NCBI GenBank assembly: GCA_017624275.1
Contig: JAGANG010000020.1
Coordinates: 15,866 to 79,865, forward strand
Reading direction: 5' to 3'
Length of the DNA stretch: 64,000 bases
From: Spirochaetales bacterium
GTDB taxonomy: Bacteria > Spirochaetota > GWE2-31-10
Shown piece by piece: positions 29,346 through 37,610 of the stretch. Under the pieces are notes generated by a model, which was not told the origin of the DNA, searched no databases, and worked only from the letters and a program-made list of their open reading frames with translations. The position numbers and the translations under genes were made by a program. The number at the start of each line of letters is the position of its first letter. Positions within the stretch are counted from its first letter, which is position 1.

Positions 29346-29753
29346 CTATTTGTAGATTTTTAAATCATTATTATTAATTAATTCTTTAGCAAGCTCTTTG
29401 GCGATTTCTTTTGCAAAAATTCGTTCTTTAGGTGATAAATTTTCCGGTATTTCATTTTTTTCTTGTGAGTTTTGGAAAAGGTTTTCACTGTCTTCTAAAG
29501 CGTTTTCTGTACAATCAATACCGGTTGGTTGCGAATAATCTTCCATAAAAAGTTCGCATGCTTTTATATTCAAGGCATTAGCTAATTTTTCAATCATTTC
29601 AACCGACGGAAATTTTTTTCCTATTTCGATTTCACCTATATAGCTTGTCGATGTTTCGCAAAGTTCTGCAATTTTCATTTGTGAAATTTTCTTTTCTTTT
29701 CTGATTTTCTTCAAGTTGTCTATAAAAATTTTTCTCAGCTTCATAAAAAACAT
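29346..29753 (-). CDS. XRE-family HTH transcriptional regulator (paralogue 2 of 4)
   Basis: IFIDNLKKIRKEKKISQMKIAELCETSTSYIGEIEIGKKFPSVEMIEKLANALNIKACELF. The start (29753 or 29744) is uncertain; no clear SD. Confidence 0.8.
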   Translation of the reverse strand: MFFMKLRKIFIDNLKKIRKEKKISQMKIAELCETSTSYIGEIEIGKKFPSVEMIEKLANALNIKACELFMEDYSQPTGIDCTENALEDSENLFQNSQEKNEIPENLSPKERIFAKEIAKELAKELINNNDLKIYK

Positions 29754-29773
29754 GCTATCAGCTCATAAAAATA

Positions 29774-29828
29774 TTGACAATTTGCCATTGGCGTATTATA
29801 AAATATGAATATTATTCGCTATTGGCAA
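29774..29828 (+). promoter_or_regulatory. candidate sigma70-type promoter with flanking inverted-repeat operator
   Basis: TTGACA (29774-29779), 17 nt, TATAAA (29797-29802). Inverted repeat TTGCCATTGGCG (29782-29793) / CGCTATTGGCAA (29817-29828) brackets the -10. Extra palindrome AGCTAtTAGCT at 29841-29851. Confidence 0.5.
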
Positions 29829-29889
29829 ATAATATAACTTAGCTATTAGCTAATTTTGTTTGAATTACAGTTTTAAAGGAAGGTGTGTT

Positions 29890-30162
29890 ATGAGAAGAAT
29901 GATTGCCTGTGTAATTATTTTTTCAGTTACGTTTCTGGGATTTTCTTTTTCGCCGAAACCGAGTTGCTATTCTTGTAATTCAACGGGAATCGTAACTTGC
30001 GGTAAATGTTCCGGAAATGGGCTGATAAGAAAACGCATACAAGACAGAGATAATAGACGTAACAGACAGCCTAGATTTACTACAGTTAGATGTTCTACCT
30101 GCAACGGAACCGGCAGAACGGACTGCAAAAAATGCAACGGAATGGGGCGTTTTGATAGGTAA
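29890..30162 (+). CDS. small signal-anchored protein with four DnaJ-type CxxCxGxG zinc-finger motifs
   Basis: ATG at 29890 with AAGGAAGG SD (the track's TTG 29860 extension is rejected). Hydrophobic MRRMIACVIIFSVTFLGFSF, then CYSCNSTG, CGKCSGNG, CSTCNGTG, CKKCNGMG. Confidence 0.65.
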   Translation: MRRMIACVIIFSVTFLGFSFSPKPSCYSCNSTGIVTCGKCSGNGLIRKRIQDRDNRRNRQPRFTTVRCSTCNGTGRTDCKKCNGMGRFDR

Positions 30163-30257
30163 GGAAATAATTTAGTAGGAATCCTTGCTCGTATGAGCTG
30201 GAAATAAATTTAAACTTTGTCCGCAATGACGTTAATCTACGAAAGGAAGGTTTTATT

Positions 30258-30662
30258 ATGAAAAGATTAATTGCTGTTTTATTGGTGTTGGTTGGATCAG
30301 TTATTATGAGTTTTGCAGAGGGAAATTGTTCTGAACATGGATATTACTATGGTGATAAATGCCCTCTTCATCCAACTACTAGCGAAAGCAGGTCTTTTGT
30401 CACTACAAAACCTAATGGTTGGGATGACAAACTACCATATTGGGAGAATAATACTACTACTAGAATAACAGATTATTCTGATGGGTCAAGAACAGTAACA
30501 ACAACAACTAATCGAACTCTTGATTCTCTGCTGGATAACGGTTCTGCTGGTTATGAGGGTGCAAAGGTAGAAACTTATAGTCCAAGTCAAATGAGAGCTT
30601 TAGGCGGTAATAGTTATGAACCACAAGCCCCTAATGAAGCTTGGCTTCCAGAAAGCGAATGA
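30258..30662 (+). CDS. hypothetical secreted protein (134 aa)
   Basis: GAAAGGAAGG RBS. Signal peptide MKRLIAVLLVLVGSVIMSFA is homologous, including at nucleotide level, to that of 26022..26183. The mature part is T/N/S-rich with no recognisable domain. Confidence 0.6.
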   Translation: MKRLIAVLLVLVGSVIMSFAEGNCSEHGYYYGDKCPLHPTTSESRSFVTTKPNGWDDKLPYWENNTTTRITDYSDGSRTVTTTTNRTLDSLLDNGSAGYEGAKVETYSPSQMRALGGNSYEPQAPNEAWLPESE

Positions 30663-30836
30663 TAGGTACTGCTATTAATTACTTTGGACAAGAATAATTC
30701 TAATTCATAAATTAAGAAGATTAATAACTTTTATAAAGTTCTGACATTTCAATAGATTAATAAAGTAAAGTTAATAAAAAAAAGACAGTTTTAAATTTTG
30801 TGCAAACTAAGGAATCAGATATAAGATGTATCATGT

Positions 30837-30870
30837 AAGGGTAGTTATTTTTTATTTCTACCCTTTTTTT
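30837..30870 (+). terminator. intrinsic terminator
   Basis: AAGGGTAG (30837-30844) / CTACCCTT (30858-30865), followed by a T-run. Confidence 0.75.
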
Positions 30871-30909
30871 ATTTTACAGCTTTCTATATTCTTATCTTCC
30901 CAGTTGTCG

Positions 30910-31311
30910 CTATTTTGAAAGCTCACCGTGGTAGTTGTTAATTCCGCCGATTTCGATAATATTCGTATATTTTAAATCAATAAGTTTTTGTGCTGCAATT
31001 TTACTGCGGCGGCCGCTTCTGCAATAAACAAAGATTCGTTGTTTTTTATTCGGTAAAATTGTTTCACATGTTTGTTCGCTTATATCGTCGTGAGGATATA
31101 AAATTGCACCCGGAATATGACCGGAAGCAAATTCATCTAAGCTGCGAACATCCAACAAAATATAGTCTGAAGATTTTGACATGATTTTTAAACCTTCTTC
31201 CATCGAAACAGATTGATAAGTAAGATTTTTTTCAGACTCTTTTTGATTAATACAGTTGAAAAGGAACGGAACGCATATAAAAATAATCAAATATTTAAAG
31301 TAATTTCTCAT
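30910..31311 (-). CDS. rhodanese-domain sulfurtransferase, exported/lipoprotein
   Basis: Signal/lipobox ...FLFNC. ILLDVRSLDEFASGHIPGA. Active-site loop YCRSGRRS. Confidence 0.8.
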   Translation of the reverse strand: MRNYFKYLIIFICVPFLFNCINQKESEKNLTYQSVSMEEGLKIMSKSSDYILLDVRSLDEFASGHIPGAILYPHDDISEQTCETILPNKKQRIFVYCRSGRRSKIAAQKLIDLKYTNIIEIGGINNYHGELSK

Positions 31312-31506
31312 GTTGCAAATGTATAGATGAGATTTTGTAATTTATCAATGATAATCACAATTTATTTTTTCACGGTAGAAACTTTTTTCAAAAGCTGACA
31401 ATTAAGAACTTTTTTTTCTTACCGATAAAGGGAAAGGGGAATGTACATTTTACGGAATATAAATGTAGATTAGGCACGGGAGAGTAATTTTCTTCTGATA
31501 TTTTTT

Positions 31507-31692
31507 TTATTTTTTTGCTGTAATGCATGCTATCAACATGCGATTTGCTCTATAATTATCATTATTTATATCTTCATTAAAAATCTTATGTATTTCATTG
31601 AGTAATTTTTGACATTTGGGAATTCTTTCTCCGACCTTAAGCTTTTTGTAGTAACCTTTTTCATTGACTGAAAGGATTTTGCGACTGTACTT
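31507..31692 (-). pseudogene. possible relic of an IS3-family transposase (N-terminal HTH_21-like segment only)
   Basis: Hand translation, no start codon: KYSRKILSVNEKGYYKKLKVGERIPKCQKLLNEIHKIFNEDINNDNYRANRMLIACITAKK*. This resembles the IS3 OrfB pattern ...LGVSRSGYYKWLK....L...I..I........YG.RRI. Bounded upstream by TAA. Confidence 0.3.
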
Positions 31693-31705
31693 TTATGATA
31701 ACATT

Positions 31706-32053
31706 TCAAAACAGCGTCTTAAGAATACCCGTTTGCACGAAAATCATATACAAAATTGTTCCGCCGAATATGGAGATTAGCGGATTGTTTTTCCAAAGGT
31801 GTATGATTGTCACAAATAGTAATGAAATAATTTCCGGTAAACCAAACGGAGCCGATGCCCACGAAGTGTCTTTCAAACTGTATATTACAAGAATTACCAT
31901 TACCATGGGCGGAATATATTGTTGTACAAAATCCAGAATTTTAGGCGGATTACGACGGCTGAAAAATATAAACGGAAACACTCTGGTAAAAAAAGTAACA
32001 ACGGCGATAATTAAGATTGCAATAAATACACGTGATAACGGCATTGGTGTCAT
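31706..32053 (-). CDS. azlD: branched-chain amino acid exporter small subunit AzlD
   Basis: 115-aa, 4-TM protein. Its start overlaps the stop of the AzlC-like gene by 4 nt (32050-32053), the typical azlCD arrangement. Confidence 0.7.
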   Translation of the reverse strand: MTPMPLSRVFIAILIIAVVTFFTRVFPFIFFSRRNPPKILDFVQQYIPPMVMVILVIYSLKDTSWASAPFGLPEIISLLFVTIIHLWKNNPLISIFGGTILYMIFVQTGILKTLF

Positions 32054-32751
32054 GATGGTAACCTCTTGCGTAGTAAAATCAGTATAATGATAGAAATAAG
32101 GATTGAAAATATCAGCATGTTTTCTTTACCGATAAAGATTAAAACAAGTATGGATACTATAGCTGCAATGGCAAACGGAAGTTTTGAACGGCATTGTTTC
32201 CATTGTTCTATAAGTAACACCATAAATAATGCAGTCAATGCAAATGACAATCCGGTACAATCGAAAGATGTAAAAAAACTGCCGAACCAAGCTCCCAATA
32301 CTCCGCCGGCAATCCAATAAAAATGATCAAGCAGGCTTATATAAAAGTAGAATTCTCGTTTTTTTACTCCGTCAGGGACGGTAACCGTAGTTAAAAGTGA
32401 ATAAGTTTCATCAGTCAATGCGAAAATTAAATACGGTGTTATAGGTTTTGTATTTCGGAACTTATCTAAAAGTGACAATCCGTACACCATGTGCCGGGCA
32501 TTTACAAGTAATGTAACAAGTGCAATTTCAGTGAATCCGGCATTTTGTGCAAACATTGATACTGCGATATATTGCCCGGCTCCGGCATATATTGTGATAC
32601 TCATAAAAAGTGCAAGTAACCAGTGATAACCGGCATCGGTAAGTAATAAACCAAAAGCAATTCCGATTGCTAAATAACCTAAAAGTACGGGAATAGTACA
32701 ACGGAATGCTTCCTTAAAACATTTATTCGAAAAAATATTAGGTACTGTCAT
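32050..32751 (-). CDS. azlC: branched-chain amino acid exporter AzlC family
   Basis: 233-aa polytopic membrane protein. AGAGQYIAV and LLVNARHMVYGLSL are AzlC-like motifs. Confidence 0.75.
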   Translation of the reverse strand: MTVPNIFSNKCFKEAFRCTIPVLLGYLAIGIAFGLLLTDAGYHWLLALFMSITIYAGAGQYIAVSMFAQNAGFTEIALVTLLVNARHMVYGLSLLDKFRNTKPITPYLIFALTDETYSLLTTVTVPDGVKKREFYFYISLLDHFYWIAGGVLGAWFGSFFTSFDCTGLSFALTALFMVLLIEQWKQCRSKLPFAIAAIVSILVLIFIGKENMLIFSILISIIILILLRKRLPS

Positions 32752-32764
32752 ATAAAAAATCCTG

Positions 32765-32798
32765 CCGGATTATAAAATCCGGTCTAAGTTTTTGTCAA
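32765..32798 (-). promoter_or_regulatory. candidate azlCD promoter with a palindromic operator over the -10
   Basis: Minus strand: TTGACA (32793-32798), 18 nt, TATAAT (32769-32774). Perfect inverted repeat CCGGATT-ataa-AATCCGG (32765-32782) overlaps the -10. Confidence 0.5.
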
Positions 32799-32951
32799 TA
32801 TAATAGAAACTTTGTTATAAATAACTTTGCATTTTTAAGTAAGATAAATTATAGAAAATGTACATATTCAGGAATAGGTAGCATATTTGATGACTATTGC
32901 AGTAGGTGAAAGCAGCGGCAGTTGCGAATATATTTTATTTGATAATAAAAA

Positions 32952-32986
32952 AACAGCATTCGGAATAATTGAATGCTGTTTTTTTG
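32952..32986. terminator. bidirectional intrinsic terminator downstream of purF
   Basis: AACAGCATTC (32952-32961) / GAATGCTGTT (32971-32980), flanked by A7 and T7 runs. Confidence 0.8.
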
Positions 32987-32995
32987 TTTATAAAA

Positions 32996-34375
32996 CTAAA
33001 TCTTTTTAATCGGGTAATCTTGGTTGAAACATGCGTAACAGAATGAATCCGGATCTTTTAAACATGCTCTTAAATCTTCCAAACGTAGGAATGTTACAGA
33101 ATCAGCTCCGATTATTTTTGCAATTTCTTCAGGTGTGTGATTTGTTGATATAAGTTCTTTTGTTGTAGGAGTGTTGATTCCGTAGTAACAACATCCTAAA
33201 ACTTCTGGACTTGAAAGATACATGTGAATTTCTTTTGCTCCGGCGTCACGCAACATTTTAATAATTTTTTTAGAAGTTGTTCCTCGAACTATTGAATCAT
33301 CAACAATGGAGATAGTTTTTCCTTCTATTACACTTTTAATAGGATTCAGCTTGATCTTTACTGCTTCTTCTCTTTGTTTTTGCGTTGTTCTTATAAATGT
33401 TCTGCCTGTATAGTGATTACGCATTAATCCCATATCAAAAGGAATTCCGGACTCTCTTGAAAATCCTAAAGCTGCAATATTTCCTGAATCTGGAACCGAA
33501 ATTACAATATCAGTATCTTTTTTTCTATTTTTTGCAAGCATTCTTCCGGAATTGAATCTGAATTGATGAACAGATTCTGAAAAAACTGAAGAATCCGGAC
33601 GTGCAAAATAAACGAGTTCGAATACACATTGACTTGCTTTTTTCTTATCAGAATAATGAAGTTTTTGTTTTATTTCTCCGTTTTCACAGATGATAAGTTC
33701 ACCCGGTTCTAAGAATTTAATGTCTGTAACACCCAAAATGTTAAGAGCGGCAGTTTCGGAAGAGAACACGTAACCTTGATCTCCGAGTTTTCCGTAAGCC
33801 AGAGGTTTAAAACCATAAGGATCTTTAAATGCGATTATTTTATTTTTATCACCCATTACAAGCGTAGAAAATGCTCCGTCAAGTTTTTTTATAGATGAAA
33901 TTAAAGATGATTCAAAATCATTTCCCGGAGTATTTGACATCAAGTGAATTAAAATTTCTGAATCACTTGATGTTTGGAAAATAGCACCGTTTGCTATTAA
34001 TTCTTCTTTTAGTATATCATAATTTGGAAGTTGACCGTTGTTAGCTATTGCAATCTCACCTTTATTACATTTAAAAAGTAAAGGTTGAGCATTGATTAAA
34101 CCGGCAGAACCGGTAGTAGAATAACGAACATGACCGATGGCAGCTGTACACGGATAATTTTGAGGTAGTTGCGGTAATAGTTTTTCTGCAACTAATCCTG
34201 CACTTTTTACAACTTGAATATTTGATTTGTCATCAAAATAAGCAACACCGCAACTTTCTTGACCACGATGTTGAAGAGAAAATAATCCCATGTACATATT
34301 GTACATTACATCTTCGGATGGATTTTTTAGTGAAATTCCAAAAACTCCGCATTCTTCTTTTAATTCATCGAACAT
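32996..34375 (-). CDS. purF: amidophosphoribosyltransferase
   Basis: N-terminal ...ECGVFGI (Ntn Cys), LQHRGQESCG, and PRTase motif ISIVDDSIVRGTT. Confidence 0.9.
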   Translation of the reverse strand: MFDELKEECGVFGISLKNPSEDVMYNMYMGLFSLQHRGQESCGVAYFDDKSNIQVVKSAGLVAEKLLPQLPQNYPCTAAIGHVRYSTTGSAGLINAQPLLFKCNKGEIAIANNGQLPNYDILKEELIANGAIFQTSSDSEILIHLMSNTPGNDFESSLISSIKKLDGAFSTLVMGDKNKIIAFKDPYGFKPLAYGKLGDQGYVFSSETAALNILGVTDIKFLEPGELIICENGEIKQKLHYSDKKKASQCVFELVYFARPDSSVFSESVHQFRFNSGRMLAKNRKKDTDIVISVPDSGNIAALGFSRESGIPFDMGLMRNHYTGRTFIRTTQKQREEAVKIKLNPIKSVIEGKTISIVDDSIVRGTTSKKIIKMLRDAGAKEIHMYLSSPEVLGCCYYGINTPTTKELISTNHTPEEIAKIIGADSVTFLRLEDLRACLKDPDSFCYACFNQDYPIKKI

Positions 34376-34399
34376 TTTCTAATCCTTGGTTTAGTATTT

Positions 34400-34774
34400 T
34401 TATGAAAGATTCGCTTTTATTGTTTCTAAAAGCGTAGTGAAATCAACAGGTTTTTCAAAAACGGCACATACATACGGATTGTTTTTTATATCGCTGAATT
34501 CTTTTTTTACTCCGATATATCCGGATATAACAATAATTTTTGTTTCTGGATATTTCTTAGCAATTCTATTAATTGCTTCTTTGCCGCTTGTTCCGTCTAG
34601 TTGTAAGTCTGTAATAATCAAATCAAAATTTATGTTTTCTTGTAATTCAACACCGAAATCTGCCTCTTTTGCGAGGTTTACTTGAAAATGGTTTTGGGTA
34701 AGAAAACGAACCAGTGGTGTTGAAAACAGATCGTCGTCTTCAATAACTAAAAGCTTTTTATATAATAAACTCAT
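34400..34774 (-). CDS. stand-alone response-regulator receiver domain protein (CheY-like)
   Basis: LLVIEDDD, phospho-acceptor context DLIITDLQLDGTSG, and conserved K in FEKP. 124 aa with no output domain. Confidence 0.8.
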   Translation of the reverse strand: MSLLYKKLLVIEDDDLFSTPLVRFLTQNHFQVNLAKEADFGVELQENINFDLIITDLQLDGTSGKEAINRIAKKYPETKIIVISGYIGVKKEFSDIKNNPYVCAVFEKPVDFTTLLETIKANLS

Positions 34775-35044
34775 TTTTATGTCCTCTTACATGAAAAAGA
34801 ATAAAAACTTTCGTCTTTTTATATCATAACCTTATAAAAAAATAAAGTAAGTAAAAAAGGAAAAATTATCGATTTTAAAAAAAATATTTTTTTAAAAGAA
34901 TGACAGAAAATTGGATTAATTTCGGAAAAAAATCGGTAACTAAAAAAGGATTGATTTTTTCTTTTATATTATATATAAATAACGCAAACTGCTCAAAGGA
35001 TACGCTGAAGAAAGAGCAGCAAGCCAAAAGATAAGGAAATTGAT

Positions 35045-36187
35045 ATGTTTGAAAATTGGTATTTAGAAGATTTATTAGACAAGAATGTCAAAACTATGTG
35101 GCCTTTGACAGATAAATATCTCTTGCAACTGATAAAGAAAGTTTTTGATCGAATCGGGATTTCAAAAGATTTAGAAAATTTTATTTCTATTCAGCAAATT
35201 ATGGAAAAATATAATTATGTAGAAAAAGCAGAAAGAATGTTGCGTTGGGATTTGGAGCGTTTGAAATTTGATGAATATGTAGAATCTAAGGAAGAAAACG
35301 GAGTGGTTTTCTATAAATATACATCAAAGGAAATGCCTACTGATTATGAGGAAATTTATAATTGGTGTAATAAAGAAGATCCTCGTTCTATTCATGCTTT
35401 TAAATTATTAGCTTTAGTTGCTGATCATTATGAAGATATTTTAGAAGGAAAAACAAGCGGTGTTAATGTTATATATTCACCGGAAAATATTCATATTATC
35501 AATGAATACTACCAAAGCGGACTTTTCTATACAGTAAATAATGTATTGGGTGGAAAAGTTCTTAACTATGAAGTTGATAAATACGACAATCCTAAAATCC
35601 TAGAATTAGGCGGTGGTTTAGGAAGCGGAACAAAACAGTTTTTAGGTCAAAGAAAAGATGCTGGAAAAGATTTAAAATCATTCCAATATCATTTTACTGA
35701 TGTTACAAACAGTATGCTTAGAAAAACGAAAAAGCCTTTGGAAGAAATTACCGGAGACCTTTCTAATTTTGAATTCTTCAAACATGACTTCAATAAATCT
35801 CTCGAAGATTTAGGCATGGCAGAAGAACAATACGATATTATTTGGGCAGTTAATGCAATTCATGTTGCTACTAATTTGAAATTTACTTTGCAACAATTGT
35901 ATCGTCTTTTGAAACCAAAAGGAACATTATTGATTGTAGAAACTGTTCGTCCTCTTTATTGTCCTTGGGTTCAACATGAGTTTATTATCAATTCATTAGA
36001 TGACTATGGTAATGTAGAACTAAACGACGAGTGGCGACCTGTTCATGGTTTTATGAGATGGACAAACTGGGTAAAAGCTGTGGAAGCTGGTGGATTTGAC
36101 GTTGTCGATACTGTACCTAATATGGCGGAAGTTGAAGAAAGATATAACAATTGTTATGCAACTGTTATCAGAGGACAGAAGAAATAA
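35045..36187 (+). CDS. class I SAM-dependent methyltransferase with long N-terminal extension
   Basis: Motif I ILELGGGLGSGT. Post-I FTDV. IWAVNAIH and LLKPKGTLLIVE (Methyltransf_12/25-like). Confidence 0.7.
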   Translation: MFENWYLEDLLDKNVKTMWPLTDKYLLQLIKKVFDRIGISKDLENFISIQQIMEKYNYVEKAERMLRWDLERLKFDEYVESKEENGVVFYKYTSKEMPTDYEEIYNWCNKEDPRSIHAFKLLALVADHYEDILEGKTSGVNVIYSPENIHIINEYYQSGLFYTVNNVLGGKVLNYEVDKYDNPKILELGGGLGSGTKQFLGQRKDAGKDLKSFQYHFTDVTNSMLRKTKKPLEEITGDLSNFEFFKHDFNKSLEDLGMAEEQYDIIWAVNAIHVATNLKFTLQQLYRLLKPKGTLLIVETVRPLYCPWVQHEFIINSLDDYGNVELNDEWRPVHGFMRWTNWVKAVEAGGFDVVDTVPNMAEVEERYNNCYATVIRGQKK

Positions 36188-36211
36188 TTAGTTTTATCAT
36201 AATATAAAAGG

Positions 36212-36240
36212 AAAGCCCCTGTTTATATGGGGCTTTTCTT
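36212..36240 (+). terminator. intrinsic terminator
   Basis: AAAGCCCC (36212-36219) / GGGGCTTT (36229-36236), then TTCTT. Confidence 0.7.
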
Positions 36241-36305
36241 GATTTAAAGCGAAAGCTTTTAATGTGAAGAAAGTTTTAATATCAAAAAATATTTAAGGAG
36301 AGGAA

Positions 36306-37526
36306 ATGAGAAGAGTTGTTGTAACCGGTTTTGGAGCTTATACACCAATTGGAAATACAGAAAAAGAAATAAAGGAAAGCTTTTATCAAGGAAAGAGTGG
36401 AACTGTTTATATTCCTGAATGGAAAGAGATTAAAGGACTTCAGTCTTTTGTAGCAGGAACAGTGAAAAATTTTGATGAAAAAATATTAGACAGAAAGTTG
36501 CGTCGTTCTATGGGTAAACTTTCTATGATGACTACAAGTGCAGCAAAAATTGCGATTGAAGACAGTGGATTGTCTGAAGAGGTTTTACATTCAGGAAGAA
36601 TGGGATGTGCTGCAAGTTCAACAATAGGAAGCCCTAAAGCTTATGAAGATTTCTTTTATGAACTGTTAATCAATAAATCTATAGAACAAATTCCGTCAAT
36701 GACATTTTTAAAATTGATGAATCATACTACTGCGGCTAATATTGCAACTCCTTTAGGAATTAAAGGACGAGTATTTTCACCAAGCAGTGCATGTACTTCA
36801 AGTTCTCAATCTATCGGAATGTCTTACGAAGCTATTAAATATGGTTTACAAGACGTTATGGTTGCCGGCGGAGCAGAGGAATTACATTATACTACGGTTT
36901 CAGTATTTGATATTATGGATGTAGCTTGCAGAACAGCAAATGAAACTCCGGAAAAAGCTTCACAACCTTTCGATAAAAATCGCGGGGGTGTAGTAGTAGG
37001 TGAAGGTGCCGGAATGGTAATCTTGGAAGAATACGAACACGCAAAAGCTCGTGGAGCAAAAATTTACGGTGAAATTATAGGATTTTCATCATTGTGTGAC
37101 GGATTCCATTTATCAACACCATCCAGTGAAGGAATGGAAGCTACAATGCGTGCAGCTTTGGCAAATGCCGGTATAAAAGAACAGGATGTTGATTATATAA
37201 ACATGCATGCAACGGCTACTCATACCGGAGATATTGCTGAAAGTGCAGCAACACGTGCTGTTTTTGGTGATAAAACACCGGTTAGTGCAACAAAAAGTTA
37301 TACAGGTCACACTTTAGGAGCTTCCGGAGTTCATGAATTTATTTATTCTTTGTTCATGATGCAGGATAACAAGATTTACCCTACAATCAACTTGGAGGAA
37401 TTAGACCCTGAATGTGCCGGTGTTAATATGATTACAGAATTAACTGATAAAGAACTTAACACTGTAATGACAAACAACTTTGCATTCGGCGGAATCAATA
37501 CTTCTATTATTCTAAAAAAGATTTAA
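36306..37526 (+). CDS. beta-ketoacyl-ACP synthase II-like condensing enzyme (stand-alone)
   Basis: RRVVVTGFGAYTPIGN, active-site SSACTSSS, HATATHTGD, GHTLGASG, FAFGGINTS (Cys-His-His KAS triad context). Confidence 0.85.
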   Translation: MRRVVVTGFGAYTPIGNTEKEIKESFYQGKSGTVYIPEWKEIKGLQSFVAGTVKNFDEKILDRKLRRSMGKLSMMTTSAAKIAIEDSGLSEEVLHSGRMGCAASSTIGSPKAYEDFFYELLINKSIEQIPSMTFLKLMNHTTAANIATPLGIKGRVFSPSSACTSSSQSIGMSYEAIKYGLQDVMVAGGAEELHYTTVSVFDIMDVACRTANETPEKASQPFDKNRGGVVVGEGAGMVILEEYEHAKARGAKIYGEIIGFSSLCDGFHLSTPSSEGMEATMRAALANAGIKEQDVDYINMHATATHTGDIAESAATRAVFGDKTPVSATKSYTGHTLGASGVHEFIYSLFMMQDNKIYPTINLEELDPECAGVNMITELTDKELNTVMTNNFAFGGINTSIILKKI

Positions 37527-37550
37527 TTAATTAATTGAATGAAAAATTAT

Positions 37551-37591
37551 AGCCTGCGATTCAAAATTATCTTTGAATTACAGGCTTTTTT
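37551..37591 (+). terminator. intrinsic terminator after the KAS gene
   Basis: AGCCTG-cg-ATTCAAA ... TTTGAAT-ta-CAGGCT, followed by TTTTT. Confidence 0.7.
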
Positions 37592-37610
37592 ATATATTGG
37601 GGGAGGGCTT

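Noticed and set aside
29860-29889. TTG/GTG-extended N-termini proposed by the ORF track: 29860, 25020, 26317, 37539, 39721, 39430, 42970, 46152, 52982, 59546, 59922, 10863, 2749
   Set aside because: In each case an internal ATG with a properly spaced Shine-Dalgarno site, or an ATGA/TAATG coupling overlap, gives a product starting at the expected family N-terminus or signal peptide. Some extensions would read through upstream terminators.
31695-32087. 130-aa plus-strand ORF opposite azlD
   Set aside because: It is antisense to a conserved azlCD pair with overlapping stop and start. The minus-strand product is a clean 4-TM protein.
34985-35044. Hairpin CTGCTC...GAGCAG in the 5' region of the methyltransferase gene, considered as a SAM-type riboswitch
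   Set aside because: It is only a 6-bp stem with a 19-nt loop, and I could not match it to any riboswitch consensus I know. That is too little to call.
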